From: Octopus vulgaris
Lineage: Eukaryota
Assembly: GCA_951406725.2 (NCBI GenBank)
Contig: OX597822.1
Coordinates: 117,614,001-117,678,000 of the forward strand
Direction of reading: 5' to 3'
Length of the DNA stretch: 64,000 bases
Part shown: positions 1 through 13,204 of the stretch, one piece after another
Layout of the letters: each line of letters starts with the position of its first letter
How positions within the stretch are numbered: the stretch's first letter is position 1
The notes under the pieces: generated by a model
Databases searched by the model: none
Told to the model about the DNA's origin: nothing
What the model saw: only the letters and a program-made list of their open reading frames with translations
Program-made: the position numbers and the translations under genes

Positions 1-169
1 GGAGGTTGCCCTCGAAGTCGCTGGAAATGGAGATCTCCAGGTCCAAATCCTTGAACGGCTGCTGGTGCTGTTGCTGCTGGTGCTATTGCTACCACCACCA
101 TCGCAGCATACCAAATCTCAAGTACATGACAAGGAACAGGTACACTGAATCAAGCATGAGACAGTGAGT

Positions 170-380
170 GACCCTCGAGGCGGTTGTCTCACCAATTAGA
201 AGCTGTAGCCAAACCTCCGTCAAACCACTCCTTACCACCCTTAAAAAAAGAAAGGATACAGTGTGCAAAGTAGTCTCTGTGCGTTGTTCAAGAGAAAAAG
301 ATGGTATGACTGGGCATTATGATTCAGAATATTTTTGATCAGAAGTCTACATGATCAGGACTAATATAATATAAACATTA
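170..380 (+). repeat. Old unclassified interspersed repeat (related copies near 10530-10720 +, 18340-18430 -, 22680-22830 -, 40140-40770 -)
   Basis: Shared motif similar to TAGAAATAGCAGCCAAATCTCCCTCAAATCACACCCTACCGTCTTAAAAA recurs in diverged form at these loci; boundaries approximate. Confidence 0.4.
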
Positions 381-1057
381 ATAGCTAAACGTATGTGTGT
401 GAATATTCGTATAAATTATCTCAGCTGAATTATAATACCTTAGCAAGACATACGCCAACAAGTAAGTCTCTATTTAGGCGTTGGAACCGCAAGAAATATC
501 GATCAAATATCGCTCAAACCTTACTCTATTCTCATGAAAGGAAGGGTACACTGAATATTTATTCCCATTTAAATGTGGATTTTCTGTTAGAACAAAGAGT
601 ACTGTGGTAGAAAGCATGAGAGAAACTCTCACATTGGCTTTTGGCATAAAGTACACTCTTGTTTATATCGTTAGCAGGGAGATAAATCACCCACGTTTAA
701 GCGGGAATAAATATTACCTCCCAGTATTAAGTTTGCCTCTGTCGCCATTATACACTGAATAATGTAGACCGCGTTACACTACGTTTACAAATAAAACAGA
801 AGATTCTTCTATGGAAAGATTGCTTTGATCATGCGTCAAAATCAAAGACAAGGACGATGTGATATCAAACAGAAGCTCTGTCAATAATAACCACAACAAG
901 AACAAGATTAAGAACAAAAGCAACAACAGTAACGTTACCTTAATATTCCTACTGACCTTCATTGATGGGAGAGAGTAATGCATCCTCGAATAAAACTTAT
1001 ATCCTAATATAGAACTCTACTATGCATCCTAGTGTGAAACTGTGCTGCACAGTGATA

Positions 1058-1355
1058 GTGGAGGCGCAATGGCCCAGTGGTTAGGGCAGTGGACTCGCGG
1101 TCGGAGGATCGCGGTTTCGATTCCCAGACTGGGTGTTGTGTGTGTTTATTGAGCGAAAACACCAAAAAGCTCCACGATGCTCCGGCAGAGGGTGGTGGCG
1201 ACCCCTGTTGTACTCTTTCGCCAAACTTTCTCTCATTCTCTCTTCCTGTTTCTTGAGTAACGCTGCGATGGACTGGGGTCCCGTCCAGTTGGGGGGAACA
1301 CATGCACCACAGAAACCGGGAAACCATGAGCCTGGCTAGGCTTGAAAAGGGCGAA
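1058..1355 (+). mobile_element. tRNA(Arg)-like-derived SINE, family A
   Basis: Head GGCGCAATGGCCCAGTGGTTAGGGCAG..GGTTTCGATTCCC with A/B boxes; near-identical copies at 37124, 60973 and 63160-63480. Confidence 0.85.
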
Positions 1356-1419
1356 AGAAGAAGAACACAAGTGATATAATTGCATCATAATGAACTTTCC
1401 TTTGCAACGGAACATTTAT

Positions 1420-1685
1420 GTGAAGGTCGTGAGTTCTATTCCTGGCGACGCGTTGTGTCCTTGAGCAAGACACTTTACTTCACTTTATTGCTCCAGTTCA
1501 CTCAGCTGTCAAAATGAGTTGTACCTGTAATTCAATGGGTCGGCCTTTTCACATCCCGTATCACGCTATGTATCCCTGAGAACTACGTTAAGGGTGCGCA
1601 CGTTTGTGGAGTTCTAAGCCACTTTCTCGTTAATTTCACAAGAAGGCTGTTCTGTTGATCGAATGAGCTGGAACCCTCCTCTCCG
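1420..1685 (+). mobile_element. 5'-truncated CORE-like SINE, family D
   Basis: B-box remnant GAGTTCTATTCC, then TTGTGTCCTTGAGCAAGACACTTTAC (CORE-like); its tail matches the tail of the SINE at 63160-63290. Confidence 0.6.
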
Positions 1686-1688
1686 TAG

Positions 1689-1720
<32 letters not shown>

Positions 1721-2929
1721 GAGGGAGAGAGAGGGAGAGAGAGGGAGAGAGAGATGGGGATAGAGAGAGGGAGAGAGAGAGGGAGAGAGAGAGAAAGATT
1801 TTTTTATGAATCATAGTAAGAATCTGCATCCTGACCTGAGGCGGTTACTGACAATTTTGGGAGCTGTACTTTTGTGATCCATTCTAATAATTCGCGTTAG
1901 AGTCCGACTGTCCCTATCTGAAAGTTTGGGGTTTTTTCCGGAGTTTTGTTTCGACTATGAGGTTTTTCCCTACATCAGCAATCATAACTAGTAGCCCACA
2001 GTCCACTAGTGACTAACAATAAATTCTCAGTGCTCCATAAACAAAAGTATCCCCTGCCACATATTACCTTGGTATGAATTTTAAACTGTATCCGGTAGTG
2101 ATATCCTGGTTCGAGAGTTCCAGGCTTTTGAGGAGTGTGGAACCACCCCTTAACCATTATTGTTCCCATGTCTACTCTGACCCAGAGTAGTAGTATTTGT
2201 CGGGGTGCTAGGTATGGGTTGCACAGCTTGTAGCCACTCTAAGCAGGGTGCGGAGAAATCGTATGATAGATGTGAATCATTTCAGCAAGTGAACTTATGG
2301 AATCAATGGCGAATATCACGAGATGTTGAGCGGAATAACACTCTACAAATTGTCAACGGCCAGGATGAAGCCGTTCAGATTGTGAAATAATGGTACCGTC
2401 TGTAGTCGCCGCGGCGTACGGACATGAGATATTTCAGTTAGCCAAGGGTCAATCTGACTAAAACTCAAGTCAGACATTATGCCTCATCGCTTAATCTGGA
2501 CGTCTGGCATGAAAGAATTATATTGGTCCGCGCTTGACTAGGATGAATGGATGGAAACAAAGTCAGTCAATATATTCATATATTTGCGTATTGTAAATAT
2601 TTTCCATTAGGTTATGTCTCTGACTTTTTACATTAAACTTGTTCTGGTTAATTTTTGGATGAATTTCATTGTTATGCTGTCCATGAAAATATTCAGTAAA
2701 TCAAAGTTATACTTTCATTCTTTAATTTGTTTCAGTCATTTGACTGCGGCCATGTTGGAGCACAGCCTTTAGTCGAACAAATCGACCACAGGACTTATTC
2801 TTTGTAAGCCTAATACTTATTCTATCGGTTTTTTGCTGAGCCGCTAAGTTACGAGAACGTAAACACACCAACATCGGTTGTGAAGTGATGGTGGGGGGAC
2901 AAAGACAGACAGACAAACATATACATATA

Positions 2930-4200
2930 CAGGGGTTGGACAAATTAATGGAAACATCTAGCATCATAGCATCATAATTTTGAAATACCTATAAAACCAT
3001 CATGTTTTATTTTTTTCGATTTATTATTAGAGTTGCTTAATATGTTTTGATAAAATTGCTGTTTCTTTTCAGATATCATCAGAAAAAAGGTAATCAACAT
3101 TCATTAAAATGACAGATCTATCGGATTTTCAAAGAGGTCAAATTGTTGGCGTTCGTATGGCAAGCGCTAGCATAACGAAAACAGCCGAAATTTTTGATGT
3201 ATGAAGTACTGTCTCGAAAGTAATAACAGCTTTTGAGAAGGAGAGAAAAACTTCCTCGTCGAGACAAAACTCCGGATGAAAACCAACACTTTTAGATAGG
3301 GACCGTCGGACCCTTACGCGAATAGTTAGAAATAATCACAAAAGTGCAGCTCCCAAAATTGCTGTAGAGCTTAATGACCACCTCAAGAACCCAGTTTCCA
3401 CAAAACTCTTCACCAGGAGCTGCACGAAGCCAGATTTCATGGGAAGGTTGCATTCAAAAAACCACTACTTTCAAAAACAAACGTTGCGAAGCGTTTAGAG
3501 TAGACTAAAAACCTACAGAATTAGTCCCTAGAGCAGTGGAAGAATGTTATTTTCTCGGACGAGTCATCCTTTACCTTATTTCCGACCACCGGCCGAGTAT
3601 ACGAGTGGAGACAGCCAAAAGAAGCATTTGACCCAGACTGTTTTCTTTCAACTGTTAAACATGGTGGAGGATCTGTGACGATCTGGTGGTGGTGGTTGTG
3701 GTGGGGGCTTATAGCTTGGAAATCCGCCGTCCCAGTGGTTTCCCTTCATGGCAGAATTAATAGTCAAGACTAAGCATTTTATCTGATCAAATTCATCCTA
3801 TGGTTGCAGAACTGTTTCCGGAGGGAAACGCAATCTTTCAGGATGATAATGCACCAACTCACACAGCCAAAGTTTTTACTGAATAGCACGAGGAACATTC
3901 TAGAGAAGTTGAACATTTTATCTGGCCACCACAGTCCCCAGATCTCAATATTATTGAACATTTATGGTGCATTTTAGAAAAACAAGTAAGGAGTCAATAC
4001 CCTCCACCATCATCACTACAAGAACTGGAGACTGTTTTAGCTGAAGAAAGGACAAAAATTCCTTTGAAAACAATTCAAACTTTGCACGAGTCCATACTTT
4101 GTAGAATTCAAGCTGTAATTACTGTCAAAAGCGGTCCTACTCCATGTTAAAATAAATTTATTTGAAATTTAAATGTTTCCATTATTTTGTCCAACCCCTG
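2930..4200 (+). mobile_element. Tc1-family DNA transposon, full length but decayed
   Basis: 27-bp TIRs CAGGGGTTGGACAAA(T/A)TAATGGAAACA with one mismatch; TA on both sides. Confidence 0.93.
3109..4150 (+). pseudogene. Tc1 transposase pseudogene
   Basis: MTDLSDFQRGQIVG start, FSDES (~3550), FQDDNAP (~3836), SPDLNIIEHLW (~3934); many stops and frameshifts. Confidence 0.9.
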
Positions 4201-4227
4201 TATGTATGTACACACACACACACACAT

Positions 4228-4305
<78 letters not shown>

Positions 4306-4312
<7 letters not shown>

Positions 4313-4926
4313 CAACAATTGAGGGTAAAATTAATTAGTTATTAATCAATTTCACCAAGTATTCAGTATGTAAAGGGACCATTTAAGGCGAATTCAAAAT
4401 ATTACATTGTATAAAAGGGCTTAGTAAAATAAATTACTTTGCCACATACTGAACTCATTAGAAATAGCAGCCAAAAAAAAAAAAAAAAAAAGGTTTTTTT
4501 TACCCATTTCTAATACTTAAAGAAAATTTCTCTCAGATAGTGTTTACTCAAAATAACCCACGAAGGTATGGGGGTAAAAACATTAAAAAAATCACAAGTG
4601 CAAAGATTATTTGAGAACGTACGTTTCTAGATCAGCCAAATACAATTCGACATTTCTTTCGTCAGCCCAAAATTTCTTAATTCGGATTTGGAAACACTGA
4701 AAGTAGGAGCATACCCTTTTGGCGACTTTTCACCTCAGAAGATCCGTTCAAACTAACAGTGCCAACAAATTCAAAATATGCAAGCGAAGAATTCCTGCTC
4801 TCCCCCTTCCACCCACGTGGGTCAGACTAGCAAACACCATATTTTATCGGTGAAAACCGAGGAATTAAACAGAGAGAAATGAATTATAATTTCAACAATT
4901 GAGGGTAAAATTAATTAGTTATTAAT
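4306..4926 (-). mobile_element. Non-coding PLE-like unit (580-bp period) in (TA)n
   Basis: 41-bp direct repeat ATAATTTCAACAATTGAGGGTAAAATTAATTAGTTATTAAT at both ends; internal hammerhead motif. Confidence 0.7.
4611..4670 (-). ncRNA. Type I hammerhead ribozyme motif
   Basis: Minus strand reads TTGGG-CTGACGA-...-GAAAC-GTAC-GTT-CTCAA: stem I TTGGG/CTCAA, palindromic stem III ACGTACGT. Confidence 0.7.
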
Positions 4927-5699
4927 ATATATACGACGGGCTTCTTTCAGTTTCCGTCTACCAAATGCACTCACAAGGTTTTGGTCAGCCCGAGGCTATA
5001 GTTGAAGGTATTTGCCCAAGGAGTTACACAGTGAGACAGAACCCGGAACCATGTGGTTGGTAAGCAAGCTACTTACCACACAGCCACATGCTGTCCATGA
5101 AAATATTCAGTAAATCAAAGTTATATATAATAAACTATTGAGAAATCCTAGAATGTATATCTATTAATCCATCTATGCAACCATCCATCTACGTGTTCAA
5201 ACAAGTAATGTATACAGTATAATAAAGTCGATAGTCTTTTGTTGTCAACTGATAAAACCTGAAACTACCTCTAAAAATAGATATTTCTCATATGTGAAAA
5301 TTAAATTGACTATAAATTCAACGGAAATATTAATAGCTGAGACAGACATTTACTGATGAGAAAAGAAGTTTGAAAGATAAAAGACATCTTTTCGAGCAAA
5401 TCTTGTGATATATTGAAATATCCCGAAGCTATCGTAATATGTGAAATATTTAATAATTTCCAGGTTTTATTACAGCGGTGTAGCTATCTATAATCTACAT
5501 AAGCAGCTACTTTCGCTGACATATAATATTTCTATATAGCTGTACGTGGAAATAATAACGTGTCGTTTCAGCTTTGATACGATCTGGCAGATTCGAACGT
5601 GACCACCTGGTCGCTTTGTTCTCGTTATAGGAGAACACGGCCCCTCCTTTCGATGCTGCGTGCTCACAACACACGTAATACACGTGTGTATATACATTC

Positions 5700-6493
<794 letters not shown>

Positions 6494-6573
6494 AAATTTA
6501 CAGAAAAGTAAAAGACGAAGACATGTGTATGAACAAGTGGGTGTATTAGTTTGACGCTAGGGTAAGTGAGAAT

Positions 6574-6612
6574 GTCTTTTACGTTTCGAGCCTACGCTCT
6601 TCAACAGAAGAA
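6574..6612 (-). ncRNA. Minimal hammerhead-like motif with a variant core, in a PLE-type 3' end (6491-6660)
   Basis: Minus strand CTGTTGA-A-GAGC-GTAG-GCTC-GAAAC-GT-A-AAAG; related copy at 53655-53775 (+). Confidence 0.45.
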
Positions 6613-7615
6613 AATAAGGAGAGATGGAATAAGAGAACTTGTGGATTTAGCGACCAGTCATGGTCAAATGTGAACAATTGGAGTTTATTTGTTTGTTGTG
6701 AATTGGTTTTGAAGCTTTCATCTGCTTTTCTCAGGAAGAAATCTATCTTAATCTGTTTGGGTCTCCTTGATAAATTTTCTTGGAAATCTTTTGGAACATT
6801 TATTTTCTTCCATGCGAAGTGAATTCTTGTTGAGAGCACAAGAAGGACTATGAACCAATTGGAGTTTAACAATAATAAAGTGTTCCTTTCTATCCTATAA
6901 TGGTCTGGAGAAATTTCGCAAATATGGAATCGATTTGCTAGGGCAAATGTTATTTGTTAGCTGATGAAAATGTACGCGCGTGAAAATCCCACTTTAACGT
7001 GGCATTAATTATGGAAGAACACAAAATCTGACTTTCCACTTAAACAAATTAAAATTGGGTCTGTCAGTTTCGGTAAACAGCACAGTCATCAAGTTTTATT
7101 TCTAAAACTGTTACTCAGCAACTAGAGAGAGAGAGAGATGGAGAGAGAGAGAGAGAGAGAGAGAGCAGAAGTAAGAGACGTTGGGAAGTGAAAGAGATGT
7201 TGACAAGAAGAAGAGTGACAGAAATAGAGTTGAAGTAACTGTCACAAAAGGGAAAGAAAGAAAAAAGGGAAAGAGAAAGAGAGAGAGAGAGAGAAGGAAG
7301 CTACAAGGATTTGATAAAAGTGGAGTTTGTATAAAGATAAAATATAGAAATATAAAATGGGAGAGAGAGAGGGGGAGGGGAGGAGAGAACGAAAGGCAGG
7401 AGAGACATGGAGAGGAAGGAGAAAGAGTGGCAGCAGTAAAGCTTTCAGTGAGAAGCAAGAAGAGATAGTAGGGTAAAACAAAGTTTTGGCCCCGTGGCGT
7501 GGGTGGGAAACTAACGATGGCTACGAACAGAAGAAAGAGAGGAAGGGCGAGATGGAGAGACACACGCAAACACTCGTCCGATTTCTCAAATTCTCTTTAT
7601 GCTGCAATATTTCTC

Positions 7616-8133
7616 TTTTCTTTCTTTCTTTCTTTCTTTATTTCTTTCTTCTCTTTCTTTCTTTCTTTCTTTCTTTCTTTCCTTCCTTCCTTCTTTCTTT
7701 CTTTCTTTCTTTCCTTCCTTCCTTCCTTCCTTCCTTCCTTCTTTCTTTCTTTCTTTCTTTCTTTCTTTCCTTCCTTCCTTCTTTCTTTCTTTCTTTCTTC
7801 TCTTTCTTTCTTTCTTTCTTTCTTTCCTTCCTTCCTTCCTTCCTTCCTTCTTTCCCTCTTTCTTTCTTTTCTTTATTTTTTGTTTCTTTCTTTCTTTCCT
7901 TCCTTCCTTCTTTCTTTCTTTCATTCATTCTTTCTTTCTTTCTTTTCGTTCTTTCTTTCTTTTCGTTCTTTCTTTCCTTCTTTCTTTTCATTCCTTCTTT
8001 CTTTCTTTTCTTTCTTTCTTTCTTTCTTTCCCTCTTTCTTTCTTTTCTTTCTTTTTCTTTTTTTCTTTCTTTCTTTCTTTCTTTCCTGCCTTTCCTTCTT
8101 TCCTTCCTTCTTTCTTTCCTTCCTTCTTTCATT

Positions 8134-8165
<32 letters not shown>

Positions 8166-8293
8166 TTCTTCCTTTCCTTCCTTCTTTCTTTCCTTCCTTC
8201 TTTCATTTCTTTCTTTCGTTCTTTCTTTCGTTCTTTCTTTCTTTTCTCCCTTTCCTTCTTTCCGTCCTTCCTTCTTTTTTTCTTTCTTTCTTT
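7616..8293. repeat. (TTTC/TTCC)n polypyrimidine tract, ~680 bp
   Basis: Read directly; it is the source of the long F/L/S and K/E/R ORFs. Confidence 0.97.
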
Positions 8294-9153
8294 CACACAT
8301 TCAAACAGATACATCGGTATACACACTCACTCACACACACACACACACACAGCTAAACACACTCACACGCACAGACAATCTTATACCGAAACTAGCTTTC
8401 ATGTCGTACATATTGTGTCGCAAAGAGTCATTCCATATTTAAAGAACAAAGAAAATTACAACAACAACAACACTAATCCTACCTACACATCAAATTTTAT
8501 CTCTCAAGGGAAGGTTAGCAGCAAAAGAGTTGATGCCGTATTTAAACTCAACGAAAAAAAATTTCAATGAAACAAATACATTCAAATGAGAAAACTAATA
8601 CAAAATATTTAAATAAGATTCCTGCGAAACGTTCTAACATCGTTTGTTACTAGAAAACAATTTCTAGCTGAGATTATCAGAAAAATAAATTCAATTCATT
8701 ACAAATTGAAATCTAATTTGACAGAAGTTTCAAACTAATGTCAGTCAATCCGATACCAAACTAAATCTGCAGAGTTGATTAAATAATTAGAAATAGATGT
8801 TAGTTAAATTGAATTCGTTGGCGAATGGAGAATCTTCGATTTCTTTATACACACAAAACTGAGATCTAATAAGAAACATTTTAAGTTTTAGCATTTTAAT
8901 TCAGAAAGAAGAATAGAATATCAGGTATGTTACAATATCATTCTTAAGGGCAAATGACCTCGGTGATTCCGAGGATCAGTAGAGGGTCTATAGTATTAAA
9001 GTATGTCTCTTTACATTCGGAGTTCAAATCACACCCAGGTTGACTATTCTTTCTTAATCTCTTCAGATTAGTCAAAATACCAGACAAGTATTACGAATGA
9101 TATAATCGAGTATTCCCTGCCCAAATATTGTATATTTTGAACAAGTACTAGGG

Positions 9154-9228
<75 letters not shown>

Positions 9229-9231
9229 TAA

Positions 9232-10075
9232 CTTACTTGGAAAGGGATGCGTGGCGCTCGATCATATAATAATATAAATAATATATAAATATATGCATAT
9301 ATTCATACATATATGTACATACCTACATATATATGTATATATACATGCATATATGGGTACAGGACATCGAAAACGTTGAACTCAATGAGAAACGAAAACA
9401 TAAAAACAAAATCAAGGAAACGAACTTTTTTTCAAACAACGAAAAAACAGAGTACAAGACATGCAACACAATGAATATTCTCCTTCTTCAGTTGTCCCTG
9501 TTTCGTTTACTCCGCGTTCCGAAGGTATGGACCTGACGCGACTTCGTTGAAACAATTCTTCCCGCGAAGCAAATTAAATAAAATTTGGGATTTTTTGCGG
9601 AGGGTGAAAGTCGTAACAAGAACAGGACAGTGAGAAGAAAACAGTAAAAACAAACATTGAGGGCTGTTAAGCCAAGACGATGGAAAAAAATTGTTCTGAA
9701 CGCTAGGAGGACGAGCTTATGAAGGAGATAGTATAAGCACGTTGTTTTTACGAAGGTAGAAGTCAGAAAGATAGATTCTCTGTCGTGACGTGTCAGCGAC
9801 GAGAGACCCGAGAAGGAAGAGTGAGAGAGAGAGAACGGCGAAGAGGAGTGGAGAAGAATAGGGAAGGGTGGGAGAGAAAACCAGAAAGGATGAAGAACAA
9901 GAGAGGGAGAGATCAAACTCCACGCATTCCTTTTCAAGTAAGTTTTATCTTAATAATTGCGATGCGCGCTCTTCTATCTTTACTATCTCTTCTCTACTTC
10001 TCTATCTCTCTCTCTTGTTTTTCATCCTTTCATCCAGATGGAGCGATTTCGATCATAGATCTGCTCCGTAAGACA
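9232..10075 (-). mobile_element. Diverged copy of the 59.6-60.8 kb HHR-bearing non-coding element
   Basis: Colinear similarity to 59742-60845 on the minus strand; inverted segment at ~9920-10075; abuts (TA)n/(GATA)n. Confidence 0.75.
9479..9555 (-). ncRNA. Permuted hammerhead-like motif, degenerate copy
   Basis: Minus strand CGCG-TC-AGGTCC-ATA-CCTTC-GGAA-CGCG...GGACAA-CTGAAGA-AGGAG. Confidence 0.5.
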
Positions 10076-12371
10076 TGACCTTAGAGAATATAACAATGTC
10101 AACTACAAGAAAAACAGCAATAGCAGCATCAGCATCAACTTACAGGGTATACCAAAAGTCATGAAGTTTGATGACAACAATAGTAATGCTACCAGCGTCA
10201 CCAAATTGGTGATGATGATATCGACAGAAAGATGAATAGCTTGAGTATGGAGGAACACAAGTTGACCGCATCAAACATAGCAGTAGTAACAGTAGCAGTG
10301 GTGGTGGTGGTGGTGGTGGTAGTTGTAGAAGTATGTTTATAGAAGTGTCATTGTAATGATAAAAGGTAGCGATGTCATCATAAGAAGTATACGATAGCTT
10401 AAGATATTAATTTCAACGGCACTTGCGACATAAGTGAAAAAGCTACAACAACAATAGCAACAACAAAAACATGAGGAAGATCTCAGCAGTAAAACTGAAA
10501 AATAAATCGACATCAGTAATGTTATAAGGAGCCTCTATGTGGTCATTCGAGCTATTTCAAATAGCAGCTACACCCCCCTAAAACCACATCCTACTGTCTT
10601 TAAGAAATGAATATATTAGCTAATGAGGTCCTTTATGCACATCGTTGAACAAAAAGGAGTGGATTGGTCACGGTTGGAATGCGTTTGAACATATGCATAC
10701 TTAATCAGATTTGATCTGGAGCTAAAAACAAACAAACAAACAAACAAACAAACATGTATAATTTCCGTATTTATTTCTACTACAAAACACTGTACACTCT
10801 CTTTTATTCTTTGATTACGGGACTCTTGCACCAAACGACGAAACTCCAAGTCAGTTATTGCAAGTGGTGAGGAACCAGGACAAATGGTAGTTGTAAAAGC
10901 GTCTTGCTTTGTGGCTGTCAACAATCACAACAAACATTAAAACATTGACCTGTTCTGGCAGATAATCTTATTAACCTATCTGACGACAATACTAATGATA
11001 ACTGAAGTATAGTATTGACGGTTTACACTGAATTCAGGTAGTCTCAAAGAATCTAATACTAAAGACTTTTGTTTTTCTACCTTACACCATTAATGTATCT
11101 TGCTAAATACGTCTTCTATAAGTGGATTTATATTTCCAGCCGAAGTTTACTCCAAAACAAATATAATGGTTGGATTTTCATTCAACTAAAGCCAGAACCA
11201 AAGAGAAAGAAATTGAGTTTCCAGCACATCCACTTCTGTTTGGAATTATTTCAGTTTGCTTACCACAATTGTGGCTTCGGGATAGAACCCAGTAACTATT
11301 GAAAAAATACACAGCATTGTTAATTTCGAAGTGGGAGAATGTTATTTCAATCAACCTTCGACGTTAGTTGTTTCCAGGCAACTGAACGAATCGAAGTTTC
11401 GCACAAACTCCCTTAATTAACTACTTGTTACCTATACTGACAATCAAACGCAAGTGAAGTGGGGTTTAAAATCGAAACAGAATATTAATGCGATTAAATA
11501 GCAAAAGCGTCGGGCGAAATGCCTCCTGGTTACTTGCGTTCTGATTTCAAATACTGCCGAAGTCAACTTTGCTTTTTCATTCCTCTGGTATCGATAAAGA
11601 CCCAGTCTTGGTGGGATGGGGTGGGGAATGACATGTAGCTGTTCCGATTCTTTTCAGTCTGAGTTCAAATCTTGCCGAGGTTTACTTGGGTGGTAGACTT
11701 GATCCATCACCCAGCTTAACACCAGCATCTTGGCTGCTTTTAGCAGATTATTGGTTTAACGGTACCTTCCAGCTTTCCTCTCATTAGTTTGGAAGGCCCT
11801 GAAAGGGTTCGTGAGTACTCTGTATCTTACTGCCTAAGTGATAATAAAAGGGTCGACGTTGTGTTTTCATCACAGGAGTTTGAATTGAATAAACACGTTA
11901 CTGTCTGAGACCGATACAAACAATATTACGGCTGAATCTTAAGTGTTGTATCATTATTTTATATGACACTTTATCTAAAGTAAATATTTAGTATGGAATA
12001 TAAACAAAAAATTCACTCATTACATGTTATATGCTGGTTTTCTGCCGAATGTTCCATCGTTGACGTCTTCAATGGTAAATAGACTCGTAGGGTTTAAGTA
12101 AATTGATTCCAACTTGATTTTGCCACACAGAGTTTCAAATGATCGATGTAAATAGATGTTGCCGGTGAGTCGAACAAACACCAACCAATTAAGACAAGAA
12201 GGTAGGAAGGTGAACATTGACTAGGTTACATACTTAATTGTTTGTCGTAAGTTTATTCTTCATTCAGTTTAGAATAAAACAATCTTATTGGCAACATATA
12301 CTAAAGCCGATGTTTACTCAATGTACTGAAGGTAGAAACGCAACAAACTGTAATTAATAACAAAATTATAC

Positions 12372-12605
12372 CTATTTCTTTACTGCCCACAAGGGGCTAC
12401 ACACAGAGAGGACAAACAAGGACAGACAAACGGATGAAGTCGATAATATCGACACCAGTGCGTAACTGGTACTTATTTAATCGACCCCGAAAGGATGAAA
12501 GGCAAAATCGACCTTAGCGGAATTTGAACTCAGAACGTAGCGGCAGACGAAATACCCCTGAGCATTTCGTCCGGTGTGCTAGCGTTTCTGCCAGCTCGCC
12601 GCCTT
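12372..12605 (-). mobile_element. tRNA-derived SINE, family B
   Basis: Head GGCGGCGAGCTGGCAGAA..GAGTTCAAATTCC and body CCTTTCATCCTTTCGGGGTCGAT. Confidence 0.85.
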
Positions 12606-13142
12606 AATTACTGGAAACATTATACCATAAAGAGAAAAGAAACATTATATCAATGACTACTTCTGGTTAAGTCCGGGAAGACAAGTGTTAATTAAAATGG
12701 ATTAAAACTAGAATGCAGCAGGGATCACGTGTGATCTCTCACAGTACGTTGACCACGCTAGACGCTTTTTTAAAGTTATATTGCACATCGTCAACAAGAT
12801 ATAATCTAATAGTTACTGCTAGGTTTTAGATCGAGGAGAGAAGATATAATCGCTTAGGGAATGAATATAAGAGTGTGACAACTTAGAAGAATGACTAAGA
12901 AAAATATTAAGGCATTCATTATGTTTGAAAAATGTTTAGTTACGTCTATATTACTTAAAATGCAACATGAAGTATCAAAAGCAAAGAAACAAACAAAACA
13001 ATGTCGTCAAAAAAGGAGTTGGATGGATCAAGTTCCGGTTTGTCTCAGAACTAAATTGTGACTATCTGTAACACGCTTGGTTTAGTATTCTTCATGTGTG
13101 TATACACACGCATACATATATGTGTATGTATGTATGTATGTA

Positions 13143-13194
<52 letters not shown>

Positions 13195-13204
<10 letters not shown>

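Larger units (their letters stand above)
2712..5087 (-). mobile_element. tRNA-derived CORE-like SINE, family C, split by two nested insertions
   Basis: 3' part at 2712-2929 and head at 4930-5087; flanked by a perfect 38-bp direct repeat ATGCTGTCCATGAAAATATTCAGTAAATCAAAGTTATA (2674-2711 and 5088-5125). Confidence 0.85.

Noticed and set aside
1-150. GC-richer segment with CAG-like repeats, possible exon
   Set aside because: Cut by the window edge, with only short open frames and no recognisable protein or clear splice sites.
1058-1135. tRNA-like sequence
   Set aside because: It is a SINE head: no complete cloverleaf, and it continues into a repeated SINE body.
7486-8570. Long overlapping ORFs (220-323 aa)
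   Set aside because: Stop-free translations of (TTTC)n.
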